From Eledone cirrhosa (taxonomy: Eukaryota): a stretch of 64,000 nt of DNA. The position numbers were made by a program, and so were the translations under genes. The DNA is taken from positions 10,478,001-10,542,000 of the forward strand of contig OZ024743.1 of the NCBI GenBank assembly GCA_964016885.1. Direction: 5' to 3'. The notes beneath the pieces are model-generated. The model did no database searches and had not been told where the DNA came from. It was given only the letters and a program-made list of their open reading frames with translations. Numbering within the stretch: the first letter of the stretch is position 1; each line of letters opens with the position of its first letter. Shown here one piece after another: positions 36,103 through 46,931 of the stretch.

Positions 36103-39100
36103 ACTCTATCATTTTTTCCCCGAATCCAATCTTTGCCTTTCTACTCGATACTCTGTCGTATTTTCCAAAACAAATCTTGTATTTTTTGTTTTATGCTTGT
36201 TAAATTATGCCCAAAATACGGGGATCTTATTTAAACCTTACATTCTCGCTAACTACCCCAACCTTAATTCTGTCGTATTTTCAAAACAAAACTCCTTATA
36301 TATTTTTAAATATATTTTGTTATGCTGGCTAAATTATGCCCCAAATTTCGAGGACTGTATTTAAACTCTTAACCTCTGCTCCCTCCTATCTTCTCCTCCC
36401 CCTGCATCATGCTGGTTCGCGGCCACCCCCCCCCCCCCCTCTCTATCTCCATATATAAGATAAACCCTACAAGTACGAAAAAATCAGAACTGCCAATTCT
36501 ACTCCGGATGGCTGCTTTCATGGTATAATGTAACGTACAAATATTTCTTCATTCTTCTCACCATTTTAATTCCTTAGTCCATTCGTCATTCTCTATCATT
36601 TTTTTCCCCGAATCCAATATTTGCCTTTCTACTCGATACTCTGTCGTATTTTCCAAAACGAATCTTGTATTTTTTGTTTTATGCTTGTTAAATTATGCCC
36701 AAAATACGGGGATCTTATTTAAACCTTACATTCTCGCTAACTACCCAATATCCCTCCCACCCGCCCCCACGCACCACCATTATTACGTGGACCAATGATA
36801 AGTCAGAAGCCTATACTATCGCTTACCTGGTTGCCTTTCGATATGATGGATGGACTACGGAATTCTGGAGAGTTGAAAAGAAAAATCTGGACGCTCAGTG
36901 ACAATGCCAAAGATTAAGACAAATTCACCTCATGGACGAGAATGCAAGCACTCCTCCTCTTTGTTTCGGCCGCGGATGGCTAACATAACCCCATCTCCCC
37001 CATCCCCCCCCCCCCCCCCGCACCCCACCGCTCCCACCATCCAAACTCAATCCAAAACTTCAGAGTTGTTACCATGAATGTAGGCACCTTAAAGGGTCGC
37101 TCTAATGAGGTTGTAGAAATGCTTGAACGTAAGGAGGTCGATGTTTGTTGTATTCAAGAGACCAGGTGGAGGGGTGGGTCTGCTAGATTCATCGTGGGTA
37201 AAGAACGATGCTATAAGCTTTTCTGGGTGGGAAATGACAATGGGCTGGGTGGAGTAGGAATCATGGTAGCAGAAAAGTGGGCAGATAAGATAATAAGACG
37301 TAAATAGAGTGAACGACAGAATAATTAAAATAACACTTGTCCTCAATAGAACTACGGTGACAGTAATATCTGCGTACGCACCCCAATCCGGACTGCCCGG
37401 CACTATAAAAGACAGATTCTATGAGACACTGATGCTCACTACCTCCCAAATAACCGACAGTGACTATATAATTATTGCAGGCGACCTAAATGGTCACGTT
37501 GGACAACATTGTGACGGCTATGACGGAATCCATGGAGGCTATGGGTTTGGTATTAGAAATGATGAAGGCTCCAGAATCCTGGAATTCTGTGACGCAAATA
37601 ACCTAACTATCTGTAACACTAACTTAAAAAAACGAGACGATCACCTGATCACCTATAGATCGGGGGAACACACAACCCAGGTAGATTATATCCTTACCAG
37701 GAGACGTGACAGAGTGTCTGTTGTAAACACTAAATCCCTTCCCCATGAAGAATGCACGTCTCAACATAGACTCATAATCAGCGACCTCATAGTCAGGACG
37801 AGACGTATTCGACAACAGAAGAGGACTATCCTCAGGAGAAAAATATGGAAATTAAAGGACCCCACAGCCAGTCATAAATTTAAAAGCATATTACTTGATA
37901 CTTTTGATAGTAAGGAAGAGCAATTAGAGTCGTACAATATAGAGGAACAGTGGGAATTCCTGAAAGCTAACCTGCTGAAGGCGACAGATGAAACCTGTGG
38001 CTGGAGCAGGCCTATAGGCAGGAGGAGAGTAACTTGGTGGTGGAACAGTAAGGTGGAGAGGTCAATCAAGGCCAAAAAGCAGGCTTGGAAAGCATGGTGG
38101 GATGGGGGAAGTAGAGAAGACTATCAAGTGGCCAGGAGGGAAGCTAGGAGACAAGTGTACTTCGCAAGAAGGGAAGCAGAGGAAAGAAAGTTCAAGCATG
38201 TTCTACAACGCGAGGACCAAAAACGTGAGGTGTTCAGGATTGCTAGGCAATGTGTCAAGGAAAACAGTGATATTGTCGGGGAGAAGTGTGTCCTAAATGA
38301 TGATGGTGTACTTGCCATCACTGACGCTGATAAGAAGGTAGCTTGGAAGTGTCACTACGAAAGGCTACTAAATAAGGAGAATAATTGGGAGAAAGACAGT
38401 CTCCCCTACATCGACCCAATAGAGGGACCAGCAGTGCAAGTTGAAGGTAGTATAATAAGTAAGGCGATCAAAGACATGAAGACGGGCAAGGCGGCCGGGC
38501 TTTCAGAAATAGTTGCCGAAATGCTGAAAGCATCTGGCACGGTGGGACACACTATGGTCACCCGGATAGTAAACCAAGTCATACAGAATGGGGTCGTTCC
38601 GAAGGACTGGTGCAACAGCATCATCATTAACTGCTACAAGGGTAACGGTGATGCCCTAGATAGGGGAAACTATAGAGGCATTAAATTAATTGACCAGGTC
38701 ATGAAGGTCACAGAAAAAGTAATAGCGCAACTAATGAGAGAGCGAATTGATCTAGACGAAATGCAGTTCGGGTTTGTGTCAGGTAAAAGTACAACAGACG
38801 CTCTTTTTATTGTACGACAACTACAGGAGAAGTACCTAGCTAAAAGTGAACCCCTATACTTAGCTTTTGTTGACTTGGAGAAAGCCTTTGACAGAGTACC
38901 CCGCTCGATTATCTGGTGCGCCCTAAGAAAACTAGGCGTTGATGAATGGCTTGTGAGAGCTATACAAGCCATGTATAAAGAAACAGTCAGCAAGGTTAGA
39001 ATTAACAACTAATATAGTGAAGAGTTTAGCGTAAAAGTTGTTCATCAGGGCTCCGTCCTTAGCCCCCTACTATTTATTATTGCCCTTCAGGCTATAACAG

Positions 39101-40480
39101 AAGAGTTCAAGACCGGCTGCCCATGGGAACTCCTATATGCAGATGATCTAACGCTCATAGCTGAATCAATGGCTGAACTAGAGAAGAAATTCCAAACATG
39201 GAAGCATGGCCTAGAATCAAAAGGCCTTAAAGTTAACTTGTCTAAGACTAAAGTTCTAGTTTGTAGGAAGGAAAATAGGGCACCGGTCCCATCTGGGAAA
39301 TGGCCATGCTCAGTGTGTAGGAAAGGAGTAGGTAGAAACTCCATTTTGTGTCCCAAATGCAAAGTATGGGTACATAAAAGATGTAGTGGGATCACAGGTA
39401 AACTATCTAAGAATATAGATTTTATATGTGGTCGGTGCTCTGGTGCAATAAGTAGCAGCAAGTGCCCACTGAATACTAACTCATTCCAATGCACAGATGG
39501 TTCTATAGAAATAGTGGACAGCTTCCGTTACCTGGGTGATAAAGTCAGCAGTGAGGGAGGGTGCTCTGAAAGTACAGTAGCTAGGGTCAGAACGGGATGG
39601 AAAAAGTTCAGAGAGCTTATACCACTATTGGCCACTAAAGGGTTCTCTCTAAAAATGAAAGGCAGGCTGTATGATGCCTGCATACGAACAGCAATGTTAC
39701 ATGGCAGTGAGACCTGGGCATTGTGTGCAGAGGATATACGCAGACTGGAGAGAAACGAAGCTTGCATGCTCCGCTGGATGTGTAATAGTAACATACGTGA
39801 ACGGCAAAGCATAAACGTACTAAGGGAGAAATTAGAAATAAGAGGGATCAGATGTTGTTTACTCGAGAGAAGGCTATGTTGGTATAGTCACGTGATGCGC
39901 ATGAAAGACGACAGCTGTATAAAAAAGTGCAGGGCAATAAAAATAGACGGTAGCCACAGAGTAGGCAGACCCAGAAAAACCTGGGACAACTTGATAAATT
40001 CCGACCTCATACACACCTCTCCAAGACAATGTCACTGGACCGAGAGCTTTGGCGCTACACAGTAATAGAGAAGACCCGCCTTACCTAAGTACAAAGTGAA
40101 ACCTACTACAGTCAGTAGGCACCTCTAACAAAATACACCCCCGTCCCACCACCCCCACCCCATCCACACCACCCCTTCAATGTAAAGTTATGTTGGTGCC
40201 ACAACATCCAGCCCGAAACAAATGAGGTCGTGTAGGTGTCACGACAAAAAAACACACAGTCCACGCTGTAATGTGGCCGTGTAGGCAACACGGTAAAAAC
40301 CTCCAAGTTCCACACTGTAAATGTGGTTGGTGTTAGGAAGGGCATCCAGCCATAGAAAACCCGCCAGACAGTCCTATGCGAGCAAGACAACTACTCTTGC
40401 CTCAAGTGGGAAAACCCGCGTCCAAACCCATGCAAGCGTGGAATATGGACGTTAAACGATGATGATGATGATGATGATGA
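36103..40480 (+). mobile_element. RTE family A, full-length copy with frameshifts and stops
   Basis: 5' UTR with a ~158-bp direct repeat (36103-36260 / 36591-36748). ORF pieces 37074-37307, 37309-39012 and 39169-40065. 3' UTR and tail. Confidence 0.95.
36904..40088 (+). pseudogene. Disrupted APE-RT(PHD) polyprotein
   Basis: Frameshift near 37295, TAA at 39010, small deletions near 39040 and 40010. Confidence 0.9.
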
Positions 40481-40497
40481 ACTATATATATATATAT

Positions 40498-41565
40498 AAC
40501 TAAGAATATAGATTTTATATGTGGCCGGTGCTCTGGTGCAATAAGTAGCAGCAAGTGCCCACAAAATACTAGCTCATTCCATTGCACAGATGGTTCTATA
40601 GAAATAGTGGACACCTTCTGTTACTTGGGTGACAAAATCAGCAGTGGTGGAGGGTGCTCTGAAAGTACAGTAGCTAGAGTCAGAACCGGATGGAAAAAGT
40701 TCAGAGAGCTTATACCACTATTAGCTGCTAAAGGGTTCTCTCTAAAAATGAACGGCAGGCTGTATGATGCCTGCATACGAACAGCAATGTTACATGGCAG
40801 TGAGACCTGGGCATTGTGTGCAGAGGATATACGCAGACTGGAGAGGAACAAAGCTTGCATGCTCCGCCGGATGTGTAATAGTAATATACGTGAACGGCAA
40901 AGCATAAACGAACTAAGGGAAAAATTAGAAATAAGAGGGATCTGATGTTGTTTACTCGAGAGAAGACTACGTTGGTATGGTCATGTGATGCGCATGAAGA
41001 TGACGACAGCTGTATAAAAAAGTGCAGGGCAATAAAAATAGATGGTAGCCACGGAGTAGGCAGACCCAGAAAAACCTGGGACGAGCTGATAAATTCCGAC
41101 CTCACACACTTACACCTCTCCAAGACAATGTCACTGGACCGTGATCTTTGGCGCTACACAGTAATACAGAATACCCGCCTTACCTAAGTACAAAGTGAAA
41201 CCTACTACAGTCAGTAGGCACCTCTAACAAAATACACCCCCGTCCCACTACCCCCACCCCATCCACACTACCCCTTTCAATGTAAAGTTATGTTGGTACC
41301 GCAACATCCAGTCCGAAACAAATGAGGTCGTGTAGGTGTCACGACAAAAAACACACAGTCCACGCTGTAATGTGGCCGTGTAGGTAACAGTAAAAACCTC
41401 CCAGTCCACACTGTAAACGTGGTTGGTGTTAGGAAGGGCATCCAGCTGTAGAAAACCCGCCAAACAGTCCTATACGAGCAGGACAACCACTCTTGCCTCA
41501 AGTGGGAAAACTCCCGTCCAAACCCATGCGAGCGTGGAACATGGACGTTAAACGATGATGATGAT
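40498..41565 (+). mobile_element. RTE family A 3' fragment
   Basis: Starts within the PHD-coding region. A-type 3' UTR. TA flanks. Confidence 0.93.
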
Positions 41566-41789
41566 ATATATATACATATATATATACACACACATATGCA
41601 CACACATATGTATATATGTACATATGTTTATACATGCGTACATACAGACAAACATTTACACATACATTTACACACAAAATATCCATGTATGGCTGATTTT
41701 GGTCAGGCTGATGAGTGTACAGAAGGATTGTCAAGCTGGTGACCTTGGAATTAAAAGAGAATTCTATTATAGCAATTGGTGTACTGGGA

Positions 41790-42525
41790 ACTCACTTATG
41801 AATGATAGTAGTAGTAAGGGCTTATTTTTGCAGTCCAGGAACAGGCATTGAGAACAAACTATATCAAGTTCGATATTGACACGTCAGTGAATGTAAGATG
41901 CTTGCTCAGAAAGAGTATAATAGAAGGCATGACAACATTGCCAGATTGGATCATTGGATGCTCTGCCATAAGTATAACATAAGCAGAAGTGAGAAATGGT
42001 ATGAGCATCAACTGAAAAGGGTTGCTAAAAATGAACAGTATGAGATCTTGTAGGACATGACCATCAAGTGCAACCATTTTATCATGGCTAAAAAGCCTGA
42101 CATTGTTGTAGAAAAGAAGAATAACAATGCAAGTATTGTGGATATTACTTCACTGTGGGACCACAGGGTGGATGAGAAGAAAAGTGAAGTTGAGAAATAC
42201 CAGGAGCTGAAGAGAGAAATCAGGAAACTATGGAGAATCAGACTCGTAGAAGTGGTACTGATTCTGGTTGGTGCACTGGGAGCCATTAGTAAAAGGCTAG
42301 ATGCATGGCTTGAGACGCTAGGAATTACCATCGGGGGGGGGGTTGCAGAAAACAGCCTCGCCTGGAACAGCAAGGATTTTAAGGAGGTGTTAGAATGTTG
42401 AAGGAGAAGGAATGACTCAAAGGACATTTGGCCATTGGCTATAGCTCGCTCTTTTAGAGTATATTGTTGGTATAACATCTGCCAGAGCAAAATCGTTATG
42501 AATGATAATAATAACAATAATAATT
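41790..42525 (+). mobile_element. R4/Dong-clade non-LTR retrotransposon 3' fragment (restriction-like endonuclease)
   Basis: GLIFAVQEQALRTNYIK, RRHDNIAR, KKPDIVV, EKYQELKREIRKLW and VGALG, ending in (TAA)n. Confidence 0.85.
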
Positions 42526-43051
42526 GTTTCTACTTTTGGCACAAGGCCAGCAATTATCCCAGTGTATTACTGGTACTTTCTTTTATCGACCCCGTAAGGA
42601 TGAAAGGCAAAGTTAACCTCGTGGTTTCTGATTTAGGCACAAGGCCAACAATTTTGGGGGAGGGAAAAGTCGATTAAATCGACCCCAGTGAGTGACTGGT
42701 ACTTTTTTTGTCGACCCTTTAAGAATCAAAGGCAAAGCTAACCTCAGCAGGATTTGAACACAGAGCGTAAAGGGCCATAACTCAATGCCACAAGACATGT
42801 TGCCCAATGCTCTACCAATACTGCCAATCCGCTGCCCTAATAATAACAACAATAATAATAATAATAATTGTTTCTACTTTAGGCACAATCCACCAATTAC
42901 CCAGTGCATTACTGGTACTTTATTTTATCGACCCCGTAAGGATGAAAGGCAAAGTCAACCTCGGCGGGATTTGAACTCAGATCGTAAAGGGACGTAACTA
43001 TGCTGGAAAGCATGGCGCCGACCCTCTACTGATACTGCCAATCCACCGCCC
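42520..43051 (-). mobile_element. Three tandem Nin/Deu-domain SINE copies (42520-42620 partial, 42623-42837, 42865-43051)
   Basis: Each matches 6092-6284. The group is flanked and partly separated by (TAA)n. Confidence 0.88.
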
Positions 43052-43349
43052 ATACGCCATTAATAATAATAATGCCTTACTAATCATTAAATTTAAATAA
43101 TTTTAATGGTAGTTATAGGGATAAAATTAAGGAAATAAAGACCTATATGCATACATGTATGCAAGAATTCATGCACATATAAATGGTCATGTACATGCAC
43201 GAGCATACACACACATTTTACGGAATTGTGTATGAAAATGATGATAAATAACTAAAACAATATAATAAATATAGAGTAGAGAAGGGAAGAAAGGATGATA
43301 CTAGGTCGAGTTCATCATCATATCCATTTTACCATTCTGGAAACAACTG

Positions 43350-43935
43350 GATTGTATGCACTATATGTTTTGTGCATGCAGTTTGGGCAGTGTTCAGAGA
43401 GTTTGTTCAGGATTAGGCCTTTGACAAATAATATCACATAGCTTTCTGAGATATATAAACCACAGCCCTTATACCCACCAGTGTATAAGCATGCCTTCTG
43501 GAGTATTTTCCATTTGAGGGTGAAGGGGATGGACTTCTTCTTGAGGTCCCATATATAGGTGGCCAGTGCAATTTAGTTTTCCAGTCTTCAAAAAGAGTTG
43601 ATGTGGGCATACCACTGATAGAAGTCATGCCGAAGTATGCTATTTTGTTGTTTATACTTGATATGAAATCGCATTTGTATATGATGTCGCCCATTAAACA
43701 TTTGTTTTTCACTAAGCAGGTGTCCTTATTTGGGCAGTTGCACAATGCCCCATTGTGGGCAGTGGTTTCTGATGTTGTGGGCTTATTCACTTTAGAGATG
43801 TTTAGGCTGGCTATGTTTCTTGCTAAATTAGATGTTGTTGAGTAGGAAAGTCTTATAGTGTTCATGTTCAAGATTGTATAGTTTTTGTGTTGAGTGAGAA
43901 AGTGCTTATTTAATAATTTGAAGAAGATTCGTTTC
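43350..43935 (-). mobile_element. Penelope-like element 3' fragment (GIY-YIG endonuclease), Naiad-like
   Basis: FFKLLNKHF..NTIRLSYS, CNCPNKDTCLVKNKC (CxCx5Cx5C), IIYKC..YFGMT and LNKLSE..CMH. Frameshifted. Confidence 0.75.
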
Positions 43936-44963
43936 TTCCCATTCTCTCAACCCTACCTCTTACTGCACCCCTTCCTTCCTCTCTACTCTCCTCCTATCTC
44001 CTACTTGATATTTGCTCCTTAAAATAGGCCTCAGACTGTTTTCACCCCACTAGCAGGTGGCTACAAAGAAGAGACCTGAAAATATCTTTTGACCTAAAAT
44101 AATTTAATTCATAGTTGGCCTCTTGACTGGGAACTAAACAGCAACTGTACTTTAAGCAGTTGGGCTTACTTTATTAAATTCTGTTCATTTAGATGGTGAC
44201 TTGGCAGAAGCCTTAGAGCATCAGATTAAATGCCTTGCCATTTGTTTGGTCTCTCTGCAAATCCTGCTGATGCCAACTTTGCTTTTTCCCTTTCAGGGTT
44301 GATAAATAAAGTATTAGATAAGAAGTGGTGTTTGGTAGAATTGTTAAACCATTAGATGGGGATGATTTGTAATATCTATTGTAGCTCTGAGTTTAAATTC
44401 TGCCTCCTCTTACTGGAAAAGTAATGACACATCTGCCAGCCCTTGTAACTGACAGATAGAACTAGCAGTAGAAAAACCAATGTAAACATACATTCCTTGG
44501 TTTAGTCATAGCTTCAGTTTCTTTCATTCATTTTCCTAAGATCCTTAATAACTGCAAGAATATTCTAAATAAAACTAGATTGATGAATGTAGAAAGAAAT
44601 CCTTATGACATTAATTAAAACATTATACTCCTGGCCACATTTAATTTTTTAATTATTTTTCTGGTTTTAACCTAATTTCTATTTTGAATGACATTACCAA
44701 TCAAACACTTTCTATGAGAATATTATTTTTTTGACCAAATCAATTTATTTCTATAAATATTCCAGTATCTGCCCCTGGTGTCAAAGACTTGGTTTTTCAG
44801 ATAAATGGTTCCAGACAATATTCCACAAATATTCATCACAAGCTTCTCTGCAATCCAAATCTCGGGATCAATTAAATGTGACAGCAACTGTGACTATTTT
44901 GGGACTAAATATTTTCTTTTAAAAAATCAATGATCACAATAATCCTAAGATATGTCTAAATAT

Positions 44964-45034
<71 letters not shown>

Positions 45035-45129
45035 CATATATATATATTTATTAAAATAACAGGTTAAAGTTATTTTAGTCTTCACATTTATTATTATATA
45101 TATTTATTATATATATATATATATATATA

Positions 45130-45540
45130 TCATCATCATCATCATTTTACGTCCGCTTTTCCCTGCTTGCAAGGGTGGGACGGGTGCTATTCAGCACAGC
45201 ATCTCTCCACTTGTCACAGTCCTTCACCATCTCCTCCGTGAGTTTCATCGATCTAAGGTCTGCTCTCACCACCTCCGCCCATCTTTTTCATGGTCTACCT
45301 CTACTGCGTCTTCCTTCTACTGGGATTTCTTGGCACTTCTTTACCCAGCGGTCATCCTCCATGCACATCACATGTCCATACCATCTCAATCTTCTCTCCT
45401 GTACACCACAACTTATACCCAGTTTCTTTCTCAACTTCAACTCATCTACGCTTGGTCGTTCACGCACATTCACATTGCACATCCAACGGAGCATGCTTGT
45501 TTCATTTCTCTCCTGCCGTCGCATATCCTCTGCAGTTGCA
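45130..45540 (-). mobile_element. RTE family C 3' fragment
   Basis: Similar to 22797-23184, with the same terminus. Confidence 0.92.
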
Positions 45541-45597
45541 ATTATGCAGACAAGCCTCATTAAAAAATTTATATATATATATATATATATATAAATT

Positions 45598-46688
45598 TTA
45601 ACCTAATTTAATCTAATTCATTCAATCTGAAAATATTGAAGAGATAAGACACTTTCCCATTCTTCTCTGCTAAAATGTATCACTAGAGCTGATTCCAATT
45701 TTCCCAGCCAGCCATCCATCTAATCTACGAAGGTATTTTAGCCTACATATTGTCGTTAATATTATGATGTTCCCTGCTGTATTAGCGTTAAATTTTCCCT
45801 GCTGTATTAGCGATAAATTTTCGAGGGTTTCTCTTAGTAGTTTTTTTCATGACGTTATTATTGTTAATTTTACTGATGTAGTATTAACTTGGATATTTAC
45901 CATGCGACCCTCAGTTCCTACCCCCCCCCTCTCTATGCACTTCTTTAAGGCTTACTACCCTGTCTTTAACCTAATTCATTCAATCTGAAAATATTGAAGA
46001 GATAAGACACTTTCCCATTCTTCTCTGCTAAAATGTATCACTAGAGCTGATTCCAATTTTCCCAGCCAGCCATCCATCTAATCTACGAAGGTATTTTAGC
46101 CTACATATTGTCGTTAATATTATGATGTTCCCTGCTGTATTAGCGTTAAATTTTCCCTGCTGTATTAGCGATAAATTTTCGAGGGTTTCTCTTAGTAGTT
46201 TTTTTCATGACGTTATTATTGTTAATTTTACTGATGTAGTATTAACTTATTAACTTGGATATTTACCATGCGGTATTCTAATCCTATTGTATCTCTCTCA
46301 GTTATTTACCATGCGACCCTCAGTTCCTACCCCCCCCCTCTCTATGCACTTCTTTAAGGCTTACTACCCTGTCTTTAACCTAATTCATTCAATCTGAAAA
46401 TATTGAAGAGATAAGACACTTTCCCATTCTTCTCTGCTAAAATGTATCACTAGAGCTGATTCCAATTTTCCCAGCCAGCCATCCATCTAATCTACGAAGG
46501 TATTTTAGCCTACATATTGTCGTTAATATTATGATGTTCCCTGCTGTATTAGCGTTAAATTTTCCCTGCTGTATTAGCGATAAATTTTCGAGGGTTTCTC
46601 TTAGTAGTTTTTTCATGACGTTATTATTGTTAATTTTACTGATGTAGTATTAACTTGGATATTTACCATGCGACCCTCAGTTCCTACC
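45598..46688 (+). repeat. Three tandem near-identical monomers (periods ~358 and ~409 bp) at the family B 5' end
   Basis: ctaattcattcaatctgaaaatattg begins at 45613, 45971 and 46380. Confidence 0.93.
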
Positions 46689-46931
46689 TCACAATTTCCC
46701 TCCCCCCCACCCCCACACACCACCATAGTCTATTCGACCAATCAAACCTAGCATGCCATTTCCACTGCTGCTGCTGCTACTACCTGCCTAACTAACTCTC
46801 TCCTCCTCTGGCGCATCCCAACACACCCTGCCATTACCCCACCACCACTGTCCTTCTAGCCCTCAATTTTCCCACCGTTATGGATGGATGAGCTGGGAAT
46901 ACACGAGCAACTCTGAATCAATAGATGAAAT

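Noticed and set aside
44740-44900. Possible host exons in unique AT-rich stretches (also ~8.5, 32.1, 56.6, 59.5 and 60.4 kb)
   Set aside because: Short open frames with no recognisable domain and no consistent splice-site chain. They cannot be supported without RNA-seq or homology searches.
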